From positions 32,001-96,000 of the IMG/VR virus record IMGVR_UViG_3300046542_000168: 64,000 bases of DNA, one strand, 5' to 3'. How positions within the stretch are numbered: the first letter of the stretch is position 1; each line of letters starts with the position of its first letter. Positions 15,681 to 25,415 of this stretch are shown piece after piece. The position numbers and the translations under genes were made by a program. Origin of the DNA: a virus. The notes under the pieces are model-generated. The model was not told where the DNA came from. It searched no databases and worked only from the letters and a program-made list of their open reading frames with translations.

Positions 15681-15703
15681 AAAAACACCGCCTTTCGGCG
15701 GTG
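15681..15703 (-). terminator. Intrinsic terminator of the mvaT-like gene
   Basis: CACCGCC-GAAA-GGCGGTG-TTTTT on the minus strand. Confidence 0.75.
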
Positions 15704-15723
15704 CTCAGGAACGCAAGTGAAGA

Positions 15724-16113
15724 TCAGCCCAGGATAGTTACCCAGCTCTCTACGGACTCATTACCCCACTTCGCTTTCCACTCTTTCAGAGTCTTGTGGT
15801 TGCCACCTTTCGTCTCGATGACTTCGCCGTTGTGCGGGTTTTTGTACTGCTTAACGTGACGCTGACGACGAGTAACGGAAGAGGATTTATCAGAAGCCTG
15901 CTTCGAAGACTTACCGCCGTGGCGACCGTCTGGGTCCATAATACCCAGGATGTCTTTCAACGACTTGCTATATTCGCCCATCAAGCTACGCAGCTTACCT
16001 TCGAATTCCAGTTCTTCTTGCAATTTACCGTCCGACTGGAGGGTAGCCATGCGGGCCTGGAGTTCTTTAATTGCGGCTTCTGTAGCGCGGTATTCAGCAA
16101 TAACTGACGACAT
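15724..16113 (-). CDS. mvaT: MvaT/TurA-family H-NS-like xenogeneic silencer
   Basis: EYRATEAAIKELQAR..ELEFEGKLRSLMGEYSKSL; YKNPHNGEVIETKGGNHKTLKEWKAKWG. Confidence 0.93.
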   Translation of the reverse strand: MSSVIAEYRATEAAIKELQARMATLQSDGKLQEELEFEGKLRSLMGEYSKSLKDILGIMDPDGRHGGKSSKQASDKSSSVTRRQRHVKQYKNPHNGEVIETKGGNHKTLKEWKAKWGNESVESWVTILG

Positions 16114-16207
16114 ATTTGCGTTCCCCATGGGATGTCTGTGTGATGTGTCAGAGGATATACACGGCTTATTATTATGTAAAGCCCTTAGTGTAAAAGTTTT
16201 TTAAAAT

Positions 16208-16284
16208 CTCGCTGTAGCTCAGATCGGTAGAGCGCCTGCTTTGGGAGCAGGAGGCCGGGGGTTCGATGCCCTCCAGCGTGACCA
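16208..16284 (+). tRNA. tRNA-Pro(TGG)
   Basis: CCTGC-TTTGGGA-GCAGG, CCA. Confidence 0.92.
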
Positions 16285-16299
16285 TATTAAGATGTAGTC

Positions 16300-16374
16300 G
16301 TGGGGCCGTGCTGCCTGGATGTAGCCATCAGGTTGTGACCCTGTTGTCGGAGTTCGAATCTCCACCTCACCCCA
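16300..16374 (+). tRNA. tRNA-His(GTG)
   Basis: TTGTGAC loop, C73, CCA; no encoded G-1. Confidence 0.8.
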
Positions 16375-16379
16375 ATTTA

Positions 16380-16456
16380 GCGTGCTTCGTATAGCCAGGT
16401 TATTACCTCCGGCTTCCACCCGGATGACAACAGTTCGAATCTGTTAGCCCGCACCA
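16380..16456 (+). tRNA. tRNA-Gly(TCC)
   Basis: TCCGG-CTTCCAC-CCGGA, CCA. Confidence 0.88.
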
Positions 16457-16460
16457 ATTC

Positions 16461-16534
16461 GCTCGATTAGCTCAATGGGAGAGCAGAGCCCTTACAAGGC
16501 TTTTACGGTGGTTCGATTCCATCATTGAGCACCA
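16461..16534 (+). tRNA. tRNA-Val(TAC)
   Basis: GAGCC-CTTACAA-GGCTT, CCA. Confidence 0.92.
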
Positions 16535-16594
16535 TATTACGGATGAATGAGGTACATGCCCTCAGCCCTTACGGGTGCCGTAACCCCACCTCTG

Positions 16595-16620
16595 AAACCC
16601 AGCCCTCTGCTGGGTTTTTT
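16595..16620 (+). terminator. Intrinsic terminator ending the tRNA cluster
   Basis: AAACCCAGC-CCTCT-GCTGGGTTT followed by a T run. Confidence 0.8.
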
Positions 16621-16637
16621 CGTTCCTGAGAAAAGAT

Positions 16638-17048
16638 ATGGCCGGAAACCCGAACCTACAAAAAGGTGGTGCCTCGCTGAATCCAGCAGGACGCCCGAAA
16701 GAAACCCCCGAACAGAAAGCCGCGAAGCTGAAGCAAAGTAAGCTGCGGAAGACTGAGAAAGCCCTACTTAACCTCAATGCGGCTGCCCTGGAGAACATCC
16801 GGCGAAGTGTAGAGGGTGAAGACATCGATAAAGAAGTGGTTAACACCAGTAAGTGGGTTGTAACGACAACTGTAACCGTTTCTAAGGCCGCAATGACCGA
16901 AGAGATGGAGTTGAACGGCCTGAAGGACAAAGCGGGCAGAGAGGCCCTAACAGAGGCCCAGGCAGATGAAGATGACGCCAGTGATGCTATCGCTGAGTTC
17001 TCGCTTCACATGCTCCCTACCCCAGCCCAGTTGAAAGGCGTTAAGTAA
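16638..17048 (+). CDS. Putative terminase small subunit
   Basis: N-terminal KGGASLNPAGRPK motif; first gene of the packaging module. Confidence 0.65.
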   Translation: MAGNPNLQKGGASLNPAGRPKETPEQKAAKLKQSKLRKTEKALLNLNAAALENIRRSVEGEDIDKEVVNTSKWVVTTTVTVSKAAMTEEMELNGLKDKAGREALTEAQADEDDASDAIAEFSLHMLPTPAQLKGVK

Positions 17049-17338
17049 TGCCAGCAGGTTTACAAACCTGGGATGAATACGGACGCCTCCGATTAGATAC
17101 CAGTGTGCGTATGGCAAACATCGTTGGCCTAGTTTATACAAACGGGACAAACGGTAGTATTGCTACTGACACATCTAAGGGCACACCGTTCTTCTATGTA
17201 ACCCTTCCCTTCGACCCCTCCATTAGTACGCTTCTCCCGACTGTATATTTCAGTGGTAACACACTTATCTGGCAGTACATAGGCGGTACTGGGTATACCG
17301 CCCCAGTCGGTGTCTACATAACATATGGATTCTTTTAA
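17048..17338 (+). CDS. Tail-tip/fibre accessory protein (post-gpJ type)
   Basis: MPAGLQTWDEYGRLRLDT...ITYGFF pattern of small genes that follow gpJ. Confidence 0.6.
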   Translation: MPAGLQTWDEYGRLRLDTSVRMANIVGLVYTNGTNGSIATDTSKGTPFFYVTLPFDPSISTLLPTVYFSGNTLIWQYIGGTGYTAPVGVYITYGFF

Positions 17339-17340
17339 CC

Positions 17341-18018
17341 ATGCCAGCAGGGTTTCAATCTATCAACGATAGCGGTACGGTCCAGATTGATGAAAACTAC
17401 TCGACTCTGACCCTTATCGCTGCACCGACGATCACAATCAATGGTGCAGGCCCAGGGTCAGCGTATCCTGGCACAATGTGGGCAAGTTACACGGTTAACA
17501 GCCCCAACCCCCAACTTTTTATCGGCAACACCTCCGGCGTATATGTAGCGGTTGTTAGCCGAACAAACCCCAGTGCTGGAGTCTGGACCTACACGTTCGC
17601 AGCAGGCGCTGCGGTTTCTGTACGGTTATTTATTTATTCACAAGCAGTAATGACTGCCGGTAACTGCGGAATGCAGGTATTTAATTCCGGTGGTGGACTC
17701 GTCTTCGATAGTTCTGCTCCATTCCTCCGTATGTCTGCGGTATATCAGATTGGTGGTGCAGCGGGCAGTAGCTCCTTCGGTATTCCGCAAGACGGTCGGG
17801 CCTACGCTGCCGCTCTCTCATATAGTCGGTGCTCGATCACTGGCCCAGGTGCTGGTTATTACTACTGGATGGCTGAGTGGATTAACGTCAGCGGGACCAC
17901 GATTACAACATCTACTCAGGGACCAATCTACCGGTTTCCTGCAAACAACCCGTATGCCTATCCCCCTCTTGCTAACGCACCCCCGCAAGTGTTGATGGTC
18001 GATGTGACATATATTTAA
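17341..18018 (+). CDS. Tail-tip/receptor-binding accessory protein (post-gpJ type)
   Basis: GFQSINDSGTVQIDENY and GMQVFNSGGGLVFDS repeats; ends MVDVTYI. Confidence 0.6.
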   Translation: MPAGFQSINDSGTVQIDENYSTLTLIAAPTITINGAGPGSAYPGTMWASYTVNSPNPQLFIGNTSGVYVAVVSRTNPSAGVWTYTFAAGAAVSVRLFIYSQAVMTAGNCGMQVFNSGGGLVFDSSAPFLRMSAVYQIGGAAGSSSFGIPQDGRAYAAALSYSRCSITGPGAGYYYWMAEWINVSGTTITTSTQGPIYRFPANNPYAYPPLANAPPQVLMVDVTYI

Positions 18019-18025
18019 AGGATTA

Positions 18026-18460
18026 ATGATGACCGAACAAGCAATCGCTGAAGTGGTGACTACCTCTGTAGTCAAGCCAACTAAAGCCACAAAGAAAGTA
18101 AAACTAGTCAAGCAGAAGATTACATTGTTCTCTGCTGACCCGATGACCCTTATCGCTAAGCTTGAGGAATACATCCTCGCAGGCGCTAAGGTAGACCCAA
18201 CGGAATTCTCCTACCTCAAGACACTGCCGATGCGAATTGGCCTGTACGTCGAAGGTCCGGCAGATAAAGACGACTGGTTGTGGAAGAGCGATGCCCACCT
18301 TAATTGCTTCGGCATTGATGTAGCAGAGTTCACATATGATGCAAAGGCTCTTGATGCCCTGGAGTGGAACGACTTCCGTAAAGTCTGTGCTGCTGTGGAC
18401 GTTAAAGGCCGGGACCGCGCCAAGATGACTAAAGAGTATCTGGCCGCGATTGCTGAATAA
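18026..18460 (+). CDS. Hypothetical protein
   Basis: SD and operon position. Confidence 0.75.
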   Translation: MMTEQAIAEVVTTSVVKPTKATKKVKLVKQKITLFSADPMTLIAKLEEYILAGAKVDPTEFSYLKTLPMRIGLYVEGPADKDDWLWKSDAHLNCFGIDVAEFTYDAKALDALEWNDFRKVCAAVDVKGRDRAKMTKEYLAAIAE

Positions 18461-18469
18461 GGTTGACCT

Positions 18470-19975
18470 ATGGCCAATCCTCCATTTCAGCAGAAGAAGG
18501 AGCTGATTGGCCCCGCCTCAGCAAAGCAAGTAATGATGTTACAAGCCGCTGCATCTACCGCCGTTATCGGTGGAGCTGCTGGCTCTGGTAAAAGTCACAT
18601 TGCCCTTCTATTCCCTCTCAAGTACAAAGATGACCCCTACTTCCGTGGCGTTATCTTCCGTAAGACTACAGGCGAACTTCAAGACCTGTGGGACCGTGCT
18701 TGCGAGATGTATCCGAAGCTCTACCCGAAAGATGATCGCGGTAGAAGCCCCGTCAAGATCCACCAGCAGAAGATGCGTATTACCTTCCCTTCTGGTGCGA
18801 CTGTTTTATTCTCTTACCTCGATCACGAGAAAGATAAATACAAGCATCAGGGTAAGGAATACACCTTCATTCTTTTCGATGAAGCAACGCACTTCTCGCA
18901 AACTCAAATTGAATACCTACGTGGTCGTCTGCGTAGTTCCCGCTCTGAAAATCCAATTCAGATGATCCTCACGGCAAACCCGGACCCCGACTCAATTTTA
19001 TTTAACTGGGTTGAATGGTACTTGCACGAAGACGGGCTGCCTAATCTTGATAAAGATGGCGTTGTTCGTTACTACGTGATGGAAGGCGGTGAATACATCT
19101 GGGCAGACACTCGTGAGGAACTAGAGGCCATTCACGGCACCGGTCATGAAAGTGGTATCCAGTCGTTCACGTTCATCTCTGCAACGTGTTATGACAATCC
19201 CGTGTTGCTCTCCAACGACCCTTCATATCCGAGTCGGCTTAAAGCGAACAACGAAGTGGACGTGCAGCGGTTGCTATATGGTAACTGGAAAGTACGCCCT
19301 TCTGCTGCCGGGATTATGAAGCGTGAATGGTTCCACGAACTAGAGCAAGAGCCCGCCTGGACAGAGATTATCAAGTCGGTACGTGCGTTTGATTTCGCAG
19401 GTACGTTAAAGAGTGATTCAAACCCCAGCCCCGATTACACCGCTTGCGTGAAGATGTCACGACTCAAGAGCAGTACTTACCACATTCATGAAGTTCGCCG
19501 TACACGTATTCGTTACGGAGACTGGGTGAAGTGGATTCTACACTGCTGTGTCGATGATGGCCCGAAAGTCGATGTAATTATCCCTATCGACCCTAACCCT
19601 GCTGCCGCTGCTGCATCAATGATGCTGGCACGAACTCTCAGCGAACATGGGTTGTATGTTCGAAGGTTTAAAGCCTCCGGCAAAAAGATTGATCGTGCAA
19701 GGCCATTCGCCTCGATGCTGCTTAATGGTGGCGTCAGTATCTCTAAAGACTGTGCAGTCGATGAAGAGAACAAAATCAATTACGACAACACTTTCTATTT
19801 CAAAGAGTGCGAAGCATTCGATGGTGAAAAGAGGAAAGGCGAGAACGGTCACGACGATATGGTCGATGCCACTTCCGATGCCTTTATGGCCCTCGCTCAG
19901 AAAGCTGTTATCCCCAACGTTTCTCACGGATTGAAGCAATTCAATACCTCTTTCAGTAACCCATTCTCACGATAG
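18470..19975 (+). CDS. terL: Terminase large subunit
   Basis: GGAAGSGKS Walker A, FDEATH Walker B, TANP, HDDMVDATSDA nuclease motif. Confidence 0.95.
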   Translation: MANPPFQQKKELIGPASAKQVMMLQAAASTAVIGGAAGSGKSHIALLFPLKYKDDPYFRGVIFRKTTGELQDLWDRACEMYPKLYPKDDRGRSPVKIHQQKMRITFPSGATVLFSYLDHEKDKYKHQGKEYTFILFDEATHFSQTQIEYLRGRLRSSRSENPIQMILTANPDPDSILFNWVEWYLHEDGLPNLDKDGVVRYYVMEGGEYIWADTREELEAIHGTGHESGIQSFTFISATCYDNPVLLSNDPSYPSRLKANNEVDVQRLLYGNWKVRPSAAGIMKREWFHELEQEPAWTEIIKSVRAFDFAGTLKSDSNPSPDYTACVKMSRLKSSTYHIHEVRRTRIRYGDWVKWILHCCVDDGPKVDVIIPIDPNPAAAAASMMLARTLSEHGLYVRRFKASGKKIDRARPFASMLLNGGVSISKDCAVDEENKINYDNTFYFKECEAFDGEKRKGENGHDDMVDATSDAFMALAQKAVIPNVSHGLKQFNTSFSNPFSR

Positions 19976-19987
19976 TAGGGAACATGA

Positions 19988-21484
19988 ATGGACGAAGATA
20001 ATATCTCCCTGGAAACTGGGAGTAACGATACTCCTACGCTTACTATGGGTGAGATTGGCCGTTCTGGCTTGATCGTACTAGGTGGGAACATCTTCGAAGA
20101 GTGTCAGGATGAACTTCGGTGGCCACAAGCCGCTGAAACATATAAAGAGATGTCTAAAGACGCCTCTATTGCTGCCGCTCTCGATTATGTAGATAACAAA
20201 GTAGCCACAGCCGAGTGGGAAGTAAAGATCCCAGAAGGCTATGACGAAAAGCTCAAGACTCATGCAATCTTCCTGAAGCAATGCATGAACGATATGGAAC
20301 ACACATGGACCGACTTCATTAAGCAAGCTGCTTCTTTCGGTCGATATGGCTTCGCTCCTATCGAGAAGGTTTACCGCTACAGAGACAAGACAAAGGGAAG
20401 CAAGTACGGCGATATGCTGATTGCCCCCCGTAAGCTCGTTCTACGCTCCCAGGACTCTATTGATAGATGGAGATGGGGCACAAGCGGCAAAGACCTTCAG
20501 GGGTTCTACCAGAACGTCTGGAGCATGACATCCAACCCGATCAACAGTGAAGGTTGGGGCTACATTGATGGCCCACGCGAATTAGCACAGAAGTTTATCC
20601 CGCGTAAAAAGTTTCTCCTGTTCCGCCATAACCCACAGAAGGATAGCCCTACCGGCACATCCCCTCTGGCAAGTGTATGGCAAGCCTGGAAAATGAAGCA
20701 GGCATATCAAGAGGCTGAGGCCCTAGGTGCTGCTCAAGACGCAAACGCATTTAAGATCCTCTTCCTTCCGCCAGAGTATCTGGTATCGGACGCGGATGAA
20801 GATAAGAAAGAAGCCCTTAAGATTTTCCAGAAGGCTCTTTCAAACTCTCACAGAGCCCTGGAATCAGGAATCATCCTGCCTTACGTCACTGACGAACAAG
20901 GCAAGAAGATGTTCGACTTTGAAATTAAGAACATCGCCGGTACTTCCCGATATGACACTGACACCATTATTAATCGCTACAACCAAGAGATTCTTGTCGG
21001 CCTATTTGCCGACGTACTTGCTCTAGGAAGTGGTGGCGGTGGCGGTAGTTATTCACTCTCTGAATCGAAACTATCAGTTATCGACCTCGCTGTCCGGGCC
21101 CGCCTGGACGAGATTCGTAATCAGATCAACCACGACCTAGTTCGACAAATCTTCGAACTTAACGGATGGGACACTGAGGTAATGCCGTACTTCGAATACA
21201 GGCTACCAGAAGCAGTCAACTTAGAAGAACTAGGTAAGTTCATCCAGCGTGTTAAAGCGGTTGGTATGTTGCCTATTACTCCGAAAGTTGTGAACTGGGT
21301 ACTTAAGCTCGCTGAGATTCCTTATCAAGTTGATGAAGACGCCACTACAGAAGAACTTCTGAAGATGATGGGCGCCGATGAATCAGCATCTGGTGAGGGA
21401 ATGAAGGAAGGGTTGAGTTCGGGAACTGGCAAATCGTCGGGAGGAAGCGGTGACGCCTCTACCGGCAATAAAGAAAATGCCTAG
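19988..21484 (+). CDS. Portal protein
   Basis: Follows terL; YGFAPIEKVY, P.GTSPL motifs. Confidence 0.9.
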   Translation: MDEDNISLETGSNDTPTLTMGEIGRSGLIVLGGNIFEECQDELRWPQAAETYKEMSKDASIAAALDYVDNKVATAEWEVKIPEGYDEKLKTHAIFLKQCMNDMEHTWTDFIKQAASFGRYGFAPIEKVYRYRDKTKGSKYGDMLIAPRKLVLRSQDSIDRWRWGTSGKDLQGFYQNVWSMTSNPINSEGWGYIDGPRELAQKFIPRKKFLLFRHNPQKDSPTGTSPLASVWQAWKMKQAYQEAEALGAAQDANAFKILFLPPEYLVSDADEDKKEALKIFQKALSNSHRALESGIILPYVTDEQGKKMFDFEIKNIAGTSRYDTDTIINRYNQEILVGLFADVLALGSGGGGGSYSLSESKLSVIDLAVRARLDEIRNQINHDLVRQIFELNGWDTEVMPYFEYRLPEAVNLEELGKFIQRVKAVGMLPITPKVVNWVLKLAEIPYQVDEDATTEELLKMMGADESASGEGMKEGLSSGTGKSSGGSGDASTGNKENA

Positions 21485-21492
21485 GAGTAGAG

Positions 21493-22887
21493 ATGGCTCA
21501 CACCCTTATTAGACTCAGGGAGAAGTATTACAACACTCCCCTGTTGGTAGACACAGAGACATTTAACTCTGTGATGTCCTACCTAGATACACGCAACGAC
21601 GGCAATGTAGAAATTAACGCTCGAAGCGGAGAGGACGAAAGCGGGCATTCCCGCATCCTCTACAACGAAGATACACAGACCGCTGTTATGCACATTGAAG
21701 GTCCACTGACATATCGTCCAGTTACTTTCATGGGCTTCGACTGCGGCGGAACTAACTACACCGATCTAAAGCAAGATGTTGAAACGGCCATTGATATGGG
21801 CGCCAAGACAATTGCCTGGATGGTAGATAGTGGTGGTGGTGAAGCACATCAGATGTCGGACTCTGCGAAGTACATTCGCAAGCTACTTGATGAAAGTGGT
21901 GTTCGACTCCTGGCGTATGTAGATGGCCGGTCGGCCTCTGCTGCTTACGGCCTTACAGCTATCGCTGATGAAATCATTGCCTCACGAGATTCCGAACTAG
22001 GAAGCATCGGGGTACTTGTTCAACTCATCAACGATTCCCAGGCCATGAAGAAAGAAGGCTATGAACGCACGTTCATTACTGCCGGTGACGACAAGATCCC
22101 GTTTGCCGAAGATGGAAGTTGGCGTGAAGGATTCTTAGCTGATCTTCAGAAAAAAGTAGACATCACCTACAAAGACTTTACCGAGCATGTTGCTGACCAC
22201 AGAGGCATCTCAGTAGAAACAGTTAAGTCCACTCAAGCACGAATGTTCTTTGCAACAGATGCTATCGGGTTGGGCCTCGCTGACAAAGTAATGACTCCTG
22301 AAGAGTTCTATACATATCTGGCTGATGAAGCCCAATCAAACATGAGTGGAAACGCTGTGTTCAAACCACGCATTTTTAAATCTATGTCCGCACAGGATGA
22401 CCCTATGAAACTAGCTGAACTGGAAGCTCAACTTACCGAGCTGACAACTAAACTAGCCGACGCCGAAGCAACTATCGCTGCAAGCGTAGAAGCTAACACA
22501 TCAGCCGCTCAGGCTGTTGTCGAGGCTCTGGCAACTAATGAAACTCTGGCTTCGCAACTACTGGCTGCTCAAGACGAACTAACTTCGCTTAAAGCAGAGA
22601 AAGCAGAAGCTGCTCTAGCCTCTCGTAAAGCTTCCCTACTTGCTGCTGCTGTTCCGGCTGATCGTGTTGAAGGAATGATGACAAGTCTGTCGTCGCTTGA
22701 TGACGCAACCTTCCAGACTGTAGTTGATGGCTTCGCTGCCACTAAAGCAACTGTAGAACAATCTGCACTTATGACCGAACTAGGTCAAGACGCAGAAGTT
22801 GAAGCTCCTGCAAAAGCAACTGCTGATGCTGACGCAGCAGACGCTGCAACTCGTGCCGCTATCGCTCGTCGCGCTAACCGCAAGTAA
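21493..22887 (+). CDS. S49-family prohead protease fused to a scaffold
   Basis: VDSGGGE, SASAAYGL, GSIGV; C-terminal Ala-rich coiled coil. Confidence 0.9.
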   Translation: MAHTLIRLREKYYNTPLLVDTETFNSVMSYLDTRNDGNVEINARSGEDESGHSRILYNEDTQTAVMHIEGPLTYRPVTFMGFDCGGTNYTDLKQDVETAIDMGAKTIAWMVDSGGGEAHQMSDSAKYIRKLLDESGVRLLAYVDGRSASAAYGLTAIADEIIASRDSELGSIGVLVQLINDSQAMKKEGYERTFITAGDDKIPFAEDGSWREGFLADLQKKVDITYKDFTEHVADHRGISVETVKSTQARMFFATDAIGLGLADKVMTPEEFYTYLADEAQSNMSGNAVFKPRIFKSMSAQDDPMKLAELEAQLTELTTKLADAEATIAASVEANTSAAQAVVEALATNETLASQLLAAQDELTSLKAEKAEAALASRKASLLAAAVPADRVEGMMTSLSSLDDATFQTVVDGFAATKATVEQSALMTELGQDAEVEAPAKATADADAADAATRAAIARRANRK

Positions 22888-22914
22888 TTACCCCCCGAAC
22901 TTTAAGGAATAAAA

Positions 22915-23367
22915 ATGCCATTCCAAGCTATGCCTGTGCGTGAAAAACGCCTATCTGACCTAGTTGTTTTCGAAGGTTTCGAACCAACAGTTGGTTATAA
23001 CCGTCGTGACATTAACGTCACCCCTCCTGCCGCTAGTGCTCCAGTAAAACTAGGGACCATCGTGTTCCGTGCTAAATCGACTGACGAAGCTGCTCCATTC
23101 GCAGTAGTTGCGGCTGTTGGTGACATTGCTCTGACTAACGAGTACGCAGTCGTTATTGGCGACCACTACGGCTACAAGCCTTCATTTGTTCCTGCCGCTA
23201 TTGCTGCTGGCAAGTTCAACTCGATTGGTTACACAAGTGGTCCGATGAAAATCAAAGACTACCTGCCTAAACAAATCCACTCCGCCCTCAACCCTACTCA
23301 GTTTGCTGCCCTGGCACAAGCACTAGAGAAGCAGGGCATCGTCGTAGTTGACCACGTAATCGTTTGA
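22915..23367 (+). CDS. Head decoration protein
   Basis: Size and position between protease and capsid genes. Confidence 0.75.
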   Translation: MPFQAMPVREKRLSDLVVFEGFEPTVGYNRRDINVTPPAASAPVKLGTIVFRAKSTDEAAPFAVVAAVGDIALTNEYAVVIGDHYGYKPSFVPAAIAAGKFNSIGYTSGPMKIKDYLPKQIHSALNPTQFAALAQALEKQGIVVVDHVIV

Positions 23368-23417
23368 TTACGTGTTTCACCACAACTAACTAATATCATA
23401 GGACATAGAGACTTATT

Positions 23418-24503
23418 ATGGGTATCACTCTTAACCGTAACAACCTTGGTAAGGTTGTTGACCGTACCGACGTACTGGTAGATGTACCGTACACAGCGGA
23501 CATCACCGAAGCACTGGGTCTGTTTACTGACCACTACAGCACACAGAAGACTGTTGAAATTGTTCGTAAGAGCAGCAACCAACAAATTCTGACCGACAGC
23601 AACTGGGATAGTGGCCGTGGGCAAACACTGACTGTAGAACCAACTCGTGAATTCGTTCACGCTAGCATCCCGCACATCAGTGCATCGGACGCTATCTACC
23701 CGCACGACCTAGACGGCGTAGTGCAGATCGACGACAGCGTTGAAATCATGAATCTCGCTCAGGTAGCGGACATTCGTGCAGAGAAGATGCTGACTCTGAA
23801 AGATGCTCACAACCTGACTCAGGTTGCAGCTCGTTTCCAACTTCTGCGTGACGGTACTGTTTACGCACCGAACAAAACCCTGCGTACAAGCTACGGCGAC
23901 ACCATCAACTTCTACACAGAGTTCGGTGTTACACGTCAGTCTATCGCAATGGACTTCGGCAACACAGTAGACCCGCGTGCTCAGTCCCGCGAAGTACTGG
24001 CCAACCTGCGTAAAGACCTGCGTGGAACAACTGGCGCCCTTCGTGGTGTAGTTGCACTAGTAGGTAGCGAGTTCTTCACCAAGGTGATTATGAACCCGTA
24101 TGTAACAGAAATGCTTAAGAGCCTGCCGACTTCCCAGTCCCTGGCAACTCTTCTGGGTGTTAATGCTGATGACCCGCGCTTCGCTGGTCTGAATGAGCGT
24201 TTCCCTAGCATCAGCCTGTTCGGTATCACCTATGTAGACGTAGGTGTTTCGGGTTACGACGTAGGGAACTCTTTCGTTCCGTTCGTTGCTGATGACGAAG
24301 GTATTCTGCTGCCAGTAGGTCTGACCAACTTGGCGAAGACTTACTACGCTCCAGCTAACCGCTTCAGCTCGGTTAACAAGAAGTCGCAAGGTAGCTACTG
24401 GTTCGAATCCGCTTCTGACCAGAAGATCACCATCGACACAGAACAGAACTTCATGAACGCCCTGCTATGGCCAGCGGCTGTGAAGACTCTGACCCTGGCG
24501 TAA
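23418..24503 (+). CDS. Major capsid protein (lambda gpE-like)
   Basis: Size, position, NFYTEFGVT and TYYAPA motifs; followed by a terminator. Confidence 0.9.
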   Translation: MGITLNRNNLGKVVDRTDVLVDVPYTADITEALGLFTDHYSTQKTVEIVRKSSNQQILTDSNWDSGRGQTLTVEPTREFVHASIPHISASDAIYPHDLDGVVQIDDSVEIMNLAQVADIRAEKMLTLKDAHNLTQVAARFQLLRDGTVYAPNKTLRTSYGDTINFYTEFGVTRQSIAMDFGNTVDPRAQSREVLANLRKDLRGTTGALRGVVALVGSEFFTKVIMNPYVTEMLKSLPTSQSLATLLGVNADDPRFAGLNERFPSISLFGITYVDVGVSGYDVGNSFVPFVADDEGILLPVGLTNLAKTYYAPANRFSSVNKKSQGSYWFESASDQKITIDTEQNFMNALLWPAAVKTLTLA

Positions 24504-24510
24504 TTGAACT

Positions 24511-24535
24511 GGGGCGGTCTTGTGCCGCCCCATTC
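24511..24535 (+). terminator. Terminator after the capsid gene
   Basis: GGGGCGG/CCGCCCC hairpin. Confidence 0.6.
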
Positions 24536-24554
24536 TGCCTTCTAGGAGAAGTAT

Positions 24555-24761
24555 ATGAAACTTGATGACTTGTTCATCCAGGCTGGCTGGATTGCTACTT
24601 GCCGCCAACTTGCCGCTACGCTGCCGAATAAGGCTGGTATTACCGCTCTTACTCCAGTGTCAGTTGCAAACGCTACAGACGCTACAACTGCTGCAACCCT
24701 GGCTAACGCTAATAAGGTTGCTATCAACGCAATCATTGCTGCACTAAAGAACGTGGCGTAA
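24555..24761 (+). CDS. Small head-associated (fibre/decoration-like) protein
   Basis: AGGAG SD; A/T-rich helix LANANKVAINAIIAALK. Confidence 0.65.
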   Translation: MKLDDLFIQAGWIATCRQLAATLPNKAGITALTPVSVANATDATTAATLANANKVAINAIIAALKNVA

Positions 24762-24767
24762 ATAAAG

Positions 24768-25406
24768 ATGGCGTATCAACTCCCTAACGGATCTACTTTT
24801 GAATTTGCTAGCGGGTATACGCCGTTTTTAACAATCACGGCGATTTCTCGTGCTGCAAACGCTGTATGTACCGTATCAAGTCACACCCTAACAATCAACC
24901 AGATCGTAATGATTAAGTCTGGCTGGTGGGACATTGACGGACGCGCATTTAGAGTTTCAGCAGTTACGGCTACAACATTCACGTTGGCCGGTGCTGATAC
25001 TACAGATACAAAGAGGAACGTTGGAACTAACTACGGCACAGCCCGTGGAGTTACCGCATGGGTACAAGTACCCCAGATCCTCAATCTCACTCTCTCCGGT
25101 GGAGAGCAGCAATACACAACATTTAGCCCCTCACGTTCCGGCAAGGAAGTCAGTCGCCCCACTATAAAGAGTGCAGCGGTCATGACACTTGAGGTAGCTG
25201 ATGACAAATCCCTCCCCCTGTTTTCCACAATTGAACTTGCATCGGAAACAGAAGAGATTCAGGTGCAACGCCTGACACTTATTAACTCCGATTACATCTT
25301 GTACGCAAGCTTAGCCTCGATGACTAAGACGCCTAAGATGCAACGCGATCAGTTAATGACAAGAACAATTTCCCTGGCTCTCCAGGGAGACAACACCCGA
25401 TATTAA
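24768..25406 (+). CDS. Tail tube protein paralogue
   Basis: Full-length similarity to 27085-27726 (MAY.LPNGSTF..., SGGEQQ, VADD.SLP, RD.LMTR.I.L.LQ). Confidence 0.8.
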   Translation: MAYQLPNGSTFEFASGYTPFLTITAISRAANAVCTVSSHTLTINQIVMIKSGWWDIDGRAFRVSAVTATTFTLAGADTTDTKRNVGTNYGTARGVTAWVQVPQILNLTLSGGEQQYTTFSPSRSGKEVSRPTIKSAAVMTLEVADDKSLPLFSTIELASETEEIQVQRLTLINSDYILYASLASMTKTPKMQRDQLMTRTISLALQGDNTRY

Positions 25407-25415
25407 GGAAGCAAG

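Noticed and set aside
16136-16151. CTG-N10-CAG upstream of the first mvaT gene as a LexA box
   Set aside because: Spacer is not AT-rich and one half-site is off-consensus; likely chance
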